DNA of 64,000 nt from positions 32,001-96,000 of IMG/VR virus record IMGVR_UViG_3300028558_000018. One strand, 5' to 3'. The translations under genes and the position numbers were made by a program. The DNA comes from a virus. Below, in pieces: positions 17,465 to 27,489 of the stretch. Within the stretch, counting starts at the first letter, position 1, and every line of letters begins with the position of its first letter. The notes under the pieces are model-generated. The model saw only the letters and a program-made list of their open reading frames with translations, ran no database searches and had not been told where the DNA came from.

Positions 17465-19072
17465 ATGCCCTATTCTCCCATTAGAATTCAACAACTCGAC
17501 TTACCTAATTTATCTGGGTATATCGGTTCTGTGCTTGCGGGTTCTCAGGCTGTGTTGATTTATGGCGACCAAACCGGAATTTCAGGCCGCAAAGTCTTCC
17601 TCGGCACAATTGATTTTAGTGGCAATACTTCAATTTCAGGCGGAATTAACTTTAGTCGCACAAATTATAATCTCAACCCATTTGGTCAATTTGAAGTAGG
17701 CGCGCTATCAAATATCAGCGCCGATCCTTATTTGGCCCAACTTTATGATTTAACCAACGGAGCATATATCGCCCTAGATTGGAACTCGCGCTCTTTATCC
17801 GGCCAATGGGCGTCTAATGTGGCACCCTCTTGGACAGGACATTTGGTTAATTTGGGGTTTCTTCAAACTGGAAATTTCGGCGCGAATCCTTATGTGGTAA
17901 ATACCGTTAGCGGGCAAACTATTAGCGGCGTGAAATTATTTCTAGCCCCTGCTTCTTTTCAATCTGGACTAAATTCGGATAACTTAAGTATTTTTAGTCC
18001 TATTTATCAAGACGGAGATACTATTTTTGAAATAAATTCCGGCAATAATATTTCTTGGAGTAAAGGACAACTGCAAAACAACGCTTCTGTTTATTTAAAT
18101 TGGACTGGACAACAATTAAGCGGGCAAGATTGGAAGAGTGACAATTCAAATCCGACAATTCCCTTTCATATCATTAATTATGATTATTTAACGGGCGGCG
18201 CGATTATTCCTATTTTGGGTCTGCCCACTCTATCCGCCAATCAAACATTTTTAGGTCAAAATACCTTCCGTAATATTCAACTAATCGGCGGCACGGGAAT
18301 TGATTTTAGCGGCAATCTTTATTTAACGCAATCGGGAAGTTTCTCCTCTGGATTCAATGGGCCGAATGTTTTTGACCCAAATACCGCGACTTTTAAAGAT
18401 TTTAGCAACGTATCTTCATTAAATTATTCCGCGAGAACCTTATCCGGCCAATGGAAAACAAATAATTCACCGTCTCAATCTGGAGATTTGATTAATTATA
18501 GTTATTTAACATCTAATTATGCTAATTTAACAGGAAATCAGAATTTTTATGGTTCAAATAACTTTTCGGGACTAACGACTTTTAGCGGCATTAATATTTC
18601 CGGGGGAAGCGGGATTCAACTTAGCGGCAATTTAAATATTTCACAATCTGGAACAATTAATTCTGGCGCGTCAACTATCTACGACCCAAATAGTGCTCAA
18701 TTTAATGATTTTAGCGGCAATAATTCTCTAAATTACGATACTCGCACGCTATCTGGGAACTGGAATACTTCTGGGAATCTTTATTTCCCTATCGGTTCTG
18801 GAGTAGGATATCCCACTGGAAACAACTCTTTAATTGGCACGGGAAGATTGATAACGGGCGGCGCGACAATTACTACTTCCGCGATTAACGCCAACGGGTT
18901 TATTTTTCTACAGCGTTCTTTAATTGTTAATTCTACTGGAGTAGGACAACTTGCCCCGTCAGGAATCGTTGCAAACAGCTACTTCTCAGTTCGCTCATTA
19001 ACAACTTCTGGGACTATTAATGTAAACGACAGCGGAAGTTTTTATTGGGAAATAAGTAATCCATCGAATTAA
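17465..19072 (+). CDS. Repeat-containing virion fibre-like protein
   Basis: About 4 repeats ending L(D/N)(W/Y)..R.LSG.W plus QT.SG.K.F fibre motifs; G/S/N-rich. Confidence 0.6.
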   Translation: MPYSPIRIQQLDLPNLSGYIGSVLAGSQAVLIYGDQTGISGRKVFLGTIDFSGNTSISGGINFSRTNYNLNPFGQFEVGALSNISADPYLAQLYDLTNGAYIALDWNSRSLSGQWASNVAPSWTGHLVNLGFLQTGNFGANPYVVNTVSGQTISGVKLFLAPASFQSGLNSDNLSIFSPIYQDGDTIFEINSGNNISWSKGQLQNNASVYLNWTGQQLSGQDWKSDNSNPTIPFHIINYDYLTGGAIIPILGLPTLSANQTFLGQNTFRNIQLIGGTGIDFSGNLYLTQSGSFSSGFNGPNVFDPNTATFKDFSNVSSLNYSARTLSGQWKTNNSPSQSGDLINYSYLTSNYANLTGNQNFYGSNNFSGLTTFSGINISGGSGIQLSGNLNISQSGTINSGASTIYDPNSAQFNDFSGNNSLNYDTRTLSGNWNTSGNLYFPIGSGVGYPTGNNSLIGTGRLITGGATITTSAINANGFIFLQRSLIVNSTGVGQLAPSGIVANSYFSVRSLTTSGTINVNDSGSFYWEISNPSN

Positions 19073-19186
19073 TATCACTTGACACTCACAGCACAATTTT
19101 ACTGAATATACACTCAGGAAACCTTTTAGATAAAGTAATTTATTTAAATTGAATACACAAACAACAAAACTCAACACACAAATATT

Positions 19187-19876
19187 ATGGCTATTGGAAA
19201 AACAGGCGGCGCGTCGAACAAGAATCTTTTCTCGGTTCGCGTAATCACAAAGGATAAGGACAAGAAACCCGTAGACCCTCATTTCTCTTTCGTTCAAAAA
19301 GTAGAAGGAGTTTATAAAGAGGTTCAAACTAGCACTTCTTTTAATGGTAATGTTACCTCTGTAACGACCAAACTTGAAGAATATCAGGGTAATCCTCTTA
19401 AGAAAGTTATCGTTAAAGTGGAAGACGAAAGCGACGTTTATTACGTTGATTTTAATTACACCATTCTTTCGCGCTCAGTATTCAACACCCTGCTAAACGT
19501 TGCTCTTGGAGAATCGGTCAAATTTAGCATTTATCTTGCTAAAGCTAACCCGCAAGGTAAACGTTATCCTCAAATCTCCCTCTGGCGTCCTGTCGAAGGT
19601 CAGGAGAAGGATGAAATGATTCGTTGGAAGTTTCAGGTAGACGAGCTTCCTCCCACGAAGAAAGTCCGTGTAAAGGGCCAAGATATTACCGACACAGAGG
19701 ATGTTGATAATTTCTTTGAGGCGGAGATTCAAAAGACATTTGGCGGCGGGGCTAAAGCTCAAGTTACTCCGAAGGCCGAGGCCAAACCTGCCTCGAAAGC
19801 AGACAAAACTACGAAAGCGACCAAAACGGTAAAAGCCGCTCCTGCCGATGAGGATACGAGCGATATCCCATTTTAG
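19187..19876 (+). CDS. Single-stranded DNA-binding protein
   Basis: Beta-rich N-domain, A/K/P linker, acidic tip ADEDTSDIPF like bacterial SSB C-termini. Confidence 0.7.
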   Translation: MAIGKTGGASNKNLFSVRVITKDKDKKPVDPHFSFVQKVEGVYKEVQTSTSFNGNVTSVTTKLEEYQGNPLKKVIVKVEDESDVYYVDFNYTILSRSVFNTLLNVALGESVKFSIYLAKANPQGKRYPQISLWRPVEGQEKDEMIRWKFQVDELPPTKKVRVKGQDITDTEDVDNFFEAEIQKTFGGGAKAQVTPKAEAKPASKADKTTKATKTVKAAPADEDTSDIPF

Positions 19877-19900
19877 TCGTTAATTATCAATAACTTACAC

Positions 19901-19939
19901 AAGTCCCGCGAGGTAATTCTCTCGGGGCTTTTTATTTTT
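19901..19939 (+). terminator. Intrinsic terminator
   Basis: aagtcccg...cggggctt hairpin followed by T-tract. Confidence 0.75.
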
Positions 19940-19969
19940 GACATTTAAATAGAAAATCATTAGTATCTT
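19938..19969 (+). promoter_or_regulatory. Promoter TTGACA-N17-TAGTATCTT, leaderless
   Basis: ATG at 19974. Confidence 0.7.
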
Positions 19970-19973
19970 TTAT

Positions 19974-21884
19974 ATGCCCGAAAAGAAAAAAATCGTCGCC
20001 ATCCACACAGATTCCCCTATTTCAAAAACTGGATTAGGTCGAAATGGGCGGGCGTTGGCCAAATATTTACTATCTACTAATAAATACGATATTCGTTACT
20101 TCTGCACGGGATTTCCTTGGTCGGCGCATGAGTTACAAAAACTCCCATTTAAGGCTCAGGGGTGTTTACCTGATAATCAAAATGAATTAATGGTGTTGCA
20201 AAATGACCCCGGCAAACTTCGTGATGCTTCCTACGGCGCGTTGCTAATTGATAAATTCGTCAAAGAAAATCGTCCTGATGTAATGATTTTTAGCAATGAT
20301 TCTTGGAGTTTTAATAATTATGACAAAAAGGCTTGGTGGAATAAGTTTCATTGCGTGCCGCATATTACTCTCGATTCTCTTCCTTTTTTAAAAGACCAAA
20401 TTGAGTTTATTAAAAATTCTAAAATTTTCACTGTTTGGGCTAAGTTTGCCCAAGAAGAAGCTGCGAGAATTGGGTTTAAAGATGTAAAAACTATTCCCGC
20501 GATTATTGAACACGAATATTTTAGGCCATTAAACGATTCTAAAAAGAATGAACTGCGCAAAAAATTCAATATTCCTCTTGATACCTTTGTAGTGGGCTTC
20601 GTGTTTCGTTCTCAATTGCGCAAAGAAGTAAAACCCCTTCTGGAAGGATTCGCGGAATTTAAACGTAATAATCCAGAGGCTAAAAATGCCAAACTCCTTC
20701 TCCATACAAATTTCGCAGAAGGATGGGATATTCCAAAATTAATCGAGGATTTAGGGATTAATAAAAACGATATTCTCACAACGTATTTTTGCCGTGAATG
20801 CGGCGAATATGAGATTAAATCCTTTGTCGGCCAAGATCAAGATTGCAAATATTGCGGCGCGATTAAATCCCAAATCACTTGTAATGTAGCCCAAGGTGTT
20901 AGCGAAGAAAAACTCAATGAAGTTTATAACCTAATGGATGCCTATTGCCATTTGGCAAACGCTGGCGGCTGCGAGATGCCTATTATTGAGGCTTTATACG
21001 CGGGCTTACCCATCGCGACGGTAAATTACTCCTTTGGCAAAACCTTTACCGATGAATCTTTTTGTTATACTATCGAGAGTGCGAAAACTATTCAATTTCA
21101 AACTCAATTTGACCGTGCAGCCCCTTATGCGTCTTCAGTGGCAAAATTTATGCGGCGGATTTTTAATTTAGACAAATCGGCTCGTAAAAAACTTGGCGAG
21201 CAAGGGAGAGAATTCGCGCTCAAAACATTTTCACCAGAAATAGTTGGAAAGCAATGGGAACAGCTTATAGATGCTTTGTCAGAAGTCACTTATGATTATA
21301 ATTTCGATTATGTTAAAAAGAATCCTTCATATCCTTTTCCAGAAATTTCTGATGTTAATGAATTTCTTACAACCCTTTATGACAATATTTTAAAACAACC
21401 CGAACCAATTAATGGTGATGGGAGAAAGTATTGGCTAGAGACAATTTCTAAAGGTGTGTCCCGCGCCGATGTTTATAAATATTTCGTTAAAGTCGCAATG
21501 GACGATAATAATAAGAATTTGGGCATCAAACTTGAAGACTTTTTCGATGGAGAGGTTGATAATCGGATTTTATTTGCTATTCCCGAGGATGAAACCGCCG
21601 TGTTGCATACTTTATCTCTACTCAAATCATGTAAAGAAACCTATCCAGAGTGCGATATTTATGTAGCAACTCATCCAGAGTTTAAAAATCTCCTAAATGG
21701 CAATCCTTATATTTATAAGCATTTAAATTTTATGCCAGAATTTGAAAATTTCATCTTAATGGAGGGCGGCGCGAATAAAGGCTATGTGAAATATCTATTT
21801 CTCCCTCACGTTAATGCGCAAAAGTTTCCTAATTTTATTCACAATAATAGTGATAAATCAATTTACCCTACAATTTCAGTATGA
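19974..21884 (+). CDS. Multidomain glycosyltransferase: GT4 with Zn-ribbon insert, DUF4214-like helix bundle, GT9 N-terminal half
   Basis: KTGLG, RSQLRK, CRECG..CKYCG, GGCEMPIIEA; LY..IL...DG..YW; LLKSCKETYPECDIYVAT...LLNGNPYI. Confidence 0.7.
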   Translation: MPEKKKIVAIHTDSPISKTGLGRNGRALAKYLLSTNKYDIRYFCTGFPWSAHELQKLPFKAQGCLPDNQNELMVLQNDPGKLRDASYGALLIDKFVKENRPDVMIFSNDSWSFNNYDKKAWWNKFHCVPHITLDSLPFLKDQIEFIKNSKIFTVWAKFAQEEAARIGFKDVKTIPAIIEHEYFRPLNDSKKNELRKKFNIPLDTFVVGFVFRSQLRKEVKPLLEGFAEFKRNNPEAKNAKLLLHTNFAEGWDIPKLIEDLGINKNDILTTYFCRECGEYEIKSFVGQDQDCKYCGAIKSQITCNVAQGVSEEKLNEVYNLMDAYCHLANAGGCEMPIIEALYAGLPIATVNYSFGKTFTDESFCYTIESAKTIQFQTQFDRAAPYASSVAKFMRRIFNLDKSARKKLGEQGREFALKTFSPEIVGKQWEQLIDALSEVTYDYNFDYVKKNPSYPFPEISDVNEFLTTLYDNILKQPEPINGDGRKYWLETISKGVSRADVYKYFVKVAMDDNNKNLGIKLEDFFDGEVDNRILFAIPEDETAVLHTLSLLKSCKETYPECDIYVATHPEFKNLLNGNPYIYKHLNFMPEFENFILMEGGANKGYVKYLFLPHVNAQKFPNFIHNNSDKSIYPTISV

Positions 21885-23041
21885 AACTCCTTTCCTCCTA
21901 CGCCCTTACGACAGGTTTAGTCGCCAATAAACCAGAAATTATCGAAGAATACGTTCCCTTTTCCAAAGACTTATCAAAAGTCGTGCTATTTAATTTTAGC
22001 TCTCCCCATCAGAGTAAAATTTATGATTATGGCCAAGACGTTCTTGATATTATTGGTCCTATTTTGCAAAAATATGGCTATATTACTATTCAACTAGGGG
22101 AAGAGAAAGATAATCGACTTCGCACGGAATATTCTCTCATGGGAATGCCGCCCGCCCAAAAAGCCTATTTGATTAAAAATTGCGCGCTAATTGTTTCCAC
22201 CGATTCAATTCTTCTTCATTATGCAGGAATCTTTGATACGAAAAATATCGGAATATATGGCCCCACTCACCCAAATAGTCACGGCCCAGCTTGGGGAAAA
22301 CATATTGCAATTCGTAATTGTAAGAATAAACCCAGCTATTTTGTTCAAGAATTTCCCAAATCAATTAATGAAAATAAGCCCGAGGATATTGCGCGAGAGA
22401 TTTTGGCCCAATTAGGTATTAAAGAAGAAATCGGCTATTCTAGCTTATATTTTGGTCAAAACTATCCCTCGTTAGTGCTAGAATTTATCCCCAACCATTT
22501 AATTCCGCCAGATTTATTTGCGGGTAAAGATTTAATAGTTCGCATGGATTATCATTTTAATGAAGAATGTTTATCTATTATTGGTAAACAACGCAAGGTT
22601 TCCATTATTAGCGAAAAAGAGATTAATTTGCAACTAATTAAAGAAATTAAGAAAAATATTGCATTTTTTAATTACCGAGTTGATAAAAATTGTAATATTG
22701 AATATTGTAAAAAACTAAAAGAAACCGGCGCGAAAGTTATTTTCTTTAGTGAAGAGAACGAAGAAGATTTGCGTCTCACGAGAATCAGGCTTTTTGACAT
22801 TGCGTTGGTGGAAAACTTTAAAAAGGACGAAAAACCTCTTGACTTCAAAGAGACAAAATTTGATTCTTCCTTTTACTTTAAAAGCTATAAATTTATTCTC
22901 AGCGATGGTAAAATCTTCATTTCAAAGCCCCACTGGGAAGCCGATTTGCCAATTAAATCATTTAATGAGAATATTCATAGCGTAATTGATACATCAGAAT
23001 TCTGGAAAGATACAAATTTGTTTTATATATTTCAAAAATGA
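21881..23041 (+). CDS. GT9 (heptosyltransferase-like) C-terminal domain protein
   Basis: IQLG, YLIKNCALIVSTDSILLHYAG..DTKNIGIYGPT.P...GP. Confidence 0.7.
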   Translation: MKLLSSYALTTGLVANKPEIIEEYVPFSKDLSKVVLFNFSSPHQSKIYDYGQDVLDIIGPILQKYGYITIQLGEEKDNRLRTEYSLMGMPPAQKAYLIKNCALIVSTDSILLHYAGIFDTKNIGIYGPTHPNSHGPAWGKHIAIRNCKNKPSYFVQEFPKSINENKPEDIAREILAQLGIKEEIGYSSLYFGQNYPSLVLEFIPNHLIPPDLFAGKDLIVRMDYHFNEECLSIIGKQRKVSIISEKEINLQLIKEIKKNIAFFNYRVDKNCNIEYCKKLKETGAKVIFFSEENEEDLRLTRIRLFDIALVENFKKDEKPLDFKETKFDSSFYFKSYKFILSDGKIFISKPHWEADLPIKSFNENIHSVIDTSEFWKDTNLFYIFQK

Positions 23042-23787
23042 GCACTCCACAAATTGTCCAACGCGATAAAGACGGGCTTCTGCCAAATATTGTATATCAA
23101 TATAACGAAGATGGCACGGTAGATTATAAAGCGATGATTCCACCTCAATTCATTGTTTTTAATCGCCAAAAAGAGGCCGATATTAAAAGCACTTATAATA
23201 AAGAGTTAAAAGAGCTAAACCCCATTGAGTGCGACCCAAAATATCAACTCATTCTTCTTGCGGGATTCAAACATATTGCGAAAATTCGCGGGTATAATAA
23301 AGTGGTTTTTTCTCGCCCCAGTTACGGAATGAATGGGGTAAGCGTCACTTGCGATATTACTTGGCGGCAAAATTATGAAACAGAAGGAGAAGTGACTTAT
23401 GGCGATGTCGGCGGCGCGTCAACCAATAATACTTCTCCAATTGGTAAAAATAAACTCGGCGAATGGGCATATTACCTTGAAACAATTGCCGCTAATCGTG
23501 CATTTGTTCGTGCCGTAAGAAACTTTTTAGCAATTCCCACCCTTGGATTTGACGAAATTGGTAGTTCTCTTAGTGAGGAAACCCCTCAAACTATGGAAAT
23601 TAGCCCGCCGCACATTAATCTTGAGAGAAAATGTGCCGCAAAGGGGATTAAACTCGAATTTTTGATTAAAAAGGCCATAAAGGATAAATGGGAGCTAGAG
23701 GGAAATCCTTCCGAGTGGACAGAATGGAAGGATATTAGTCCGAGGGATAGTTATGCCTTACTGAGTATTATTACCAAAGAGAAATAA
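23038..23787 (+). CDS. Single-strand annealing protein-like (Rad52/RecT-type)
   Basis: LLAGF..IA..RG, VTCDI.W, G.A...N, IAANRAFVRAVRNFLAI...G.DE. Confidence 0.5.
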   Translation: MSTPQIVQRDKDGLLPNIVYQYNEDGTVDYKAMIPPQFIVFNRQKEADIKSTYNKELKELNPIECDPKYQLILLAGFKHIAKIRGYNKVVFSRPSYGMNGVSVTCDITWRQNYETEGEVTYGDVGGASTNNTSPIGKNKLGEWAYYLETIAANRAFVRAVRNFLAIPTLGFDEIGSSLSEETPQTMEISPPHINLERKCAAKGIKLEFLIKKAIKDKWELEGNPSEWTEWKDISPRDSYALLSIITKEK

Positions 23788-23788
23788 T

Positions 23789-23815
23789 TTCGCTTTTAGC
23801 TAGGAAAAGGGTATC
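23789..23815 (+). promoter_or_regulatory. Phage late-type promoter TTCGC-N15-GGGTATC
   Basis: Variant copy with exact 15-nt spacer, upstream of 23828. Confidence 0.6.
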
Positions 23816-23827
23816 TTTTCTTGGCTC

Positions 23828-24313
23828 ATGGCGGTAATTCAATCAGCGTCTAAAGGAATAAGGCTCCCCACTATAATTCAAAGTGGTGGAATATCCTATT
23901 ATCCGTTAGATTTAGTCTTGGTAGATAACGGAGGTAGTTACACTGGAACATTTTACCCCGGCACGATTAATGGGCTATTGCCGTCTAATTATTTGGCGCT
24001 AACTATTCCTAAAACTGGCACGAATTATATTATTTTAGATGTAACTTTGGCCAACGCGCAAGTCCAAACTGCCGTTTTTTCTACTAGCACGAGCGCCCCA
24101 GAAGGATACCCAGTTACAGAAACGACGCCGCCAACAAATATTTCAATTTTAACTCACGTTGTTATAGATGGGGCGATTTTCAGAGTAATTGGCAATGGTA
24201 GCCAGCAATTGACCCCAGCAACAATGTTTTACACAGATAAAACTTCTACTATAGCTGTTGGAGAACGCCCAGTGATTCCTTGGTTCAGTTATACTCTAAC
24301 AACCACGAGTTAA
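23828..24313 (+). CDS. Putative virion beta-rich protein
   Basis: Thr-rich, beta-strand pattern, downstream of late-type promoter. Confidence 0.45.
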   Translation: MAVIQSASKGIRLPTIIQSGGISYYPLDLVLVDNGGSYTGTFYPGTINGLLPSNYLALTIPKTGTNYIILDVTLANAQVQTAVFSTSTSAPEGYPVTETTPPTNISILTHVVIDGAIFRVIGNGSQQLTPATMFYTDKTSTIAVGERPVIPWFSYTLTTTS

Positions 24314-24314
24314 C

Positions 24315-26426
24315 ATGCCTTTAACATGGTATCAGATAGGGGATGGTCCCGCACCTTGGAGCAATGCAACATCTTATTCTTCGTCTTATGACGATACCCT
24401 CTCCTCATCTGATAGTGTTTTCCTTTCGTGGGCTGGTTCTACCATGAGTAGTTATACACAAGAAGCCCAATATAAACAAGAATATTCCTCAAAAGATAAT
24501 GTCTTTGATTCAAATGATACTTATTCAAACTTTCAATCAAATTTTGGCGGAACATATTATACCCACAGTGATTATAATCAAACTATAACCTCCTCTTTCT
24601 CGGCCTCCCAAACAACAAGCAGAAGTTTTATAAATTTCCATCAAGATTTTTCCTTTATCAGTCTTGCAAACGAAAAAGAATATCAATTTTCCGATTCCGT
24701 TGGGATAGTCAGCCACTCGATAGAAACTCATAACGGAAGCGCCTCTTACTTTTTCAAAACAGATTATATCGGGGGCGAAACCGCATCATATTATTATAGT
24801 TATATAACGGTAGAAAACGGAGGAATGACCCTTTCGCAAAGATACGGCACCTACATAGGGACTTTTCCATTTACTACTTTTACGTATTCTACTCAGGTAG
24901 ATACGGCTTCCACGGGTATAACCAATACTTATTATACTTCCAGCACTTATTTAATATCAACTTTATCAGCAAATACTTCCACGGCCCTATTTAGCGTTGA
25001 AAGTAATATTAGAGTTTCTACCACAGAAACACAATATACCACCCAAATAATCTCGACCATTTTAAGTTCCGACACGGGGACAGATACTTCTACTTATGTA
25101 AGCACCAGCTATGACAATACCACTTGGACAATAACCACAGTGGGAATATCCCCAATAACATCTTTCGTTCCCCAAGGAGTATCATCCACCTACTCTCCCA
25201 ATTATCAATATATTGCCCCAGTAATTTCCGCCCTTCCATCGGAATATCTTTTTGAATTTAAAACAACGGCCAATGGATTTTTGGCCGCGTCAAGTGATTT
25301 GGAAGAATTTAGAGTTAAAACATTTGGTTCTTGGAAATTTAGCGGATCAGAAGGCTCTCCGTTTACTCTTTCTATAGGAACAGATTCTTCGTCTAATTTT
25401 CATCACACCGTTACTTATTTTTTGGCTTTAGCTTCAACGATCGCGCAAAATTCTTCTAAAAATCTTTTTGCGACGGTCACTCAATATGGATTCAATGGGG
25501 AGATTCCAACCCCAGAATCTTTATCTTACACGCAAGTAATTTCTTTACCAACTCCGACAACGACGGCATTTAATATACAAAATATAACGACTTCAACGGC
25601 GACTGCATCCGGCGCGAGAACTTATTCTAAGTGGACTAAATTAACATTTGACACTACGACATCAATAAATAAGATTGGATGGGACCAAAATCAAAATAGT
25701 TATTTGTTTACGATGGCGTCGCTTATAAATAGCTACTCTATTGTTAGTTACGCTAGTTGGAGAGGAAACGCAGGGGAAACCGTTTCTACTTACGCAAGTC
25801 CCGCCGGTTGGAATATAAATACCTCAGTTGGTAATATGACTCAAGAAAGATTACGGCTTATAGGAGGATATCAAGGAAGCGAAATCGGTTCAAATCAAAA
25901 TGTGGGAAAATATTTAGACGCGCTAATTAGTTTTTATATTGGATATCAATCGGCGCAAGGAGCACGGGAATCAAATAATACTCCTGTTGATTATTCTACC
26001 TCGGCAACAACAAGCGATAGTAGTTATTTTTTCTCCCTTGGATCAAATTCTTATTGGAGCGTGACGGTTCTTGCAGATATTACAACGACTTCATTTTCCG
26101 CAAACGTGGCAACAATAGGCGGAAATGGAGGCTATTTTGCCCTAGAAAATAATGGTGGGACTCAAGCGGGAGGGGGGTTTCCTCACGAAAACCAAGTTCA
26201 ATATGCAACTCTATCAAACGCCCTTGATTGGAGATATACTTTGAGAGATAGCGCGGGGACATCTTCTTATTCGACTCAATTAAATGTATCGTTTTTTACA
26301 TTAGATATTAGCTCCAAAATAATGGCCATTCAAGGATTACCTGCCACGATAGCATCTCCCGATATGACGCAAGCGGGATATGGAACTTATACTTCTATTT
26401 CCGCTGTCAATGGGGAATTATATTGA
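24315..26426 (+). CDS. Very Ser/Thr-rich (mucin-like) protein, 703 aa
   Basis: Long S/T/Y tracts, very few K/R, no signal peptide. Confidence 0.6.
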   Translation: MPLTWYQIGDGPAPWSNATSYSSSYDDTLSSSDSVFLSWAGSTMSSYTQEAQYKQEYSSKDNVFDSNDTYSNFQSNFGGTYYTHSDYNQTITSSFSASQTTSRSFINFHQDFSFISLANEKEYQFSDSVGIVSHSIETHNGSASYFFKTDYIGGETASYYYSYITVENGGMTLSQRYGTYIGTFPFTTFTYSTQVDTASTGITNTYYTSSTYLISTLSANTSTALFSVESNIRVSTTETQYTTQIISTILSSDTGTDTSTYVSTSYDNTTWTITTVGISPITSFVPQGVSSTYSPNYQYIAPVISALPSEYLFEFKTTANGFLAASSDLEEFRVKTFGSWKFSGSEGSPFTLSIGTDSSSNFHHTVTYFLALASTIAQNSSKNLFATVTQYGFNGEIPTPESLSYTQVISLPTPTTTAFNIQNITTSTATASGARTYSKWTKLTFDTTTSINKIGWDQNQNSYLFTMASLINSYSIVSYASWRGNAGETVSTYASPAGWNINTSVGNMTQERLRLIGGYQGSEIGSNQNVGKYLDALISFYIGYQSAQGARESNNTPVDYSTSATTSDSSYFFSLGSNSYWSVTVLADITTTSFSANVATIGGNGGYFALENNGGTQAGGGFPHENQVQYATLSNALDWRYTLRDSAGTSSYSTQLNVSFFTLDISSKIMAIQGLPATIASPDMTQAGYGTYTSISAVNGELY

Positions 26427-26454
26427 CAATTTGTTTAATTTTAGATAGTATCTT
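26423..26454 (+). promoter_or_regulatory. Promoter TTGACA-N17-TAGTATCTT, leaderless
   Basis: ATG at 26458. Confidence 0.7.
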
Positions 26455-26457
26455 TAT

Positions 26458-27489
26458 ATGGTTTTATCAGTTGTTGTTTGTGCTACAAAATCTTATACCT
26501 ATGCGATGAAGGCTCAGGCTAGACGGGTTTGTTCTGCGCTGAATTTGGCAAAAATAGAAAAAGCTCATATTTTTATCGTTGGGGATGATTCAAAAGAGTT
26601 AAAAGAAATAGAGATTTTTTGGAAAAACGAGTTATCTGGCCATGAAGTTCAACTAATTCAAAATAAGCAATTCATAGAAGGTCAATCGGCAAATTATAAG
26701 AAAAATGCCCAATTACTTATCGCGGATATGCGTTCCGTCGCTCATTCTTTAGCGCGCAAGGCAAAATCTGATTTTTGTTGGTCGTTAGATAGCGATACCC
26801 TGCCACAGCCTAATGCGCTAAGATGTTTGCTTGATACTTGCAATTTTGATGGAGGGTTTTATTCAGTGGCAATGTGCCCTTATCCAAATACGGCTTTTCT
26901 TGGTGGGTTTGGCACCCCGCAAAATCCAATCGCCGAAGATTTTCTTCCTCACGAAAGAATACTTCCTTGGAAATTAAAGAGGGTATGGGAGGCCAACGAA
27001 AAGCTACTTAAAGAATGGACTTTTAAAGATCGCCCTGATAAATTAATTGATAGAAAAGAACGTTTATATAAAAAGATTAAAGAGTGTCCTCCCGATGGAA
27101 ATATTTGGCAAGTCGTTGGCAAGTATGGATTTAGGCAGCGTGGATGGCTCGACCAAGCATATCCATCAATCGGATACGGTTCTACCGTCCCAACTCGTTG
27201 GGTTGGAATGGGTTGCACCCTAATGAATAAACAGGCTCTTGAATTAGCCCATTTCGAGGGCTATACAGGAGAGGGCACAGAAGATTTATTTATTGGCTGG
27301 CATAGATGGTATCCAGCAGGACTAAGAATGGCGGTTCTACCCCATTGCCCAGCAGATCACGTAATTTGGGACAAAAAGAAAGGCGGCGACGAAAATAAAT
27401 ATATTCTCCACCACGTTTATCACGAACAAATGGGGGAATGTGCCGGTCATCTAAGAGTGAAGCAAATTCCTTGGCGCAAAGAAATTTAA
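26458..27489 (+). CDS. GT-A fold glycosyltransferase
   Basis: WSLDSDTLP DxD, WVGMGCTLM, TEDLF, CPADH. Confidence 0.7.
   Translation: MVLSVVVCATKSYTYAMKAQARRVCSALNLAKIEKAHIFIVGDDSKELKEIEIFWKNELSGHEVQLIQNKQFIEGQSANYKKNAQLLIADMRSVAHSLARKAKSDFCWSLDSDTLPQPNALRCLLDTCNFDGGFYSVAMCPYPNTAFLGGFGTPQNPIAEDFLPHERILPWKLKRVWEANEKLLKEWTFKDRPDKLIDRKERLYKKIKECPPDGNIWQVVGKYGFRQRGWLDQAYPSIGYGSTVPTRWVGMGCTLMNKQALELAHFEGYTGEGTEDLFIGWHRWYPAGLRMAVLPHCPADHVIWDKKKGGDENKYILHHVYHEQMGECAGHLRVKQIPWRKEI

Noticed and set aside
19885-19897. IHF-consensus sites after SSB and near 61657
   Set aside because: Several matches are expected by chance at this AT content
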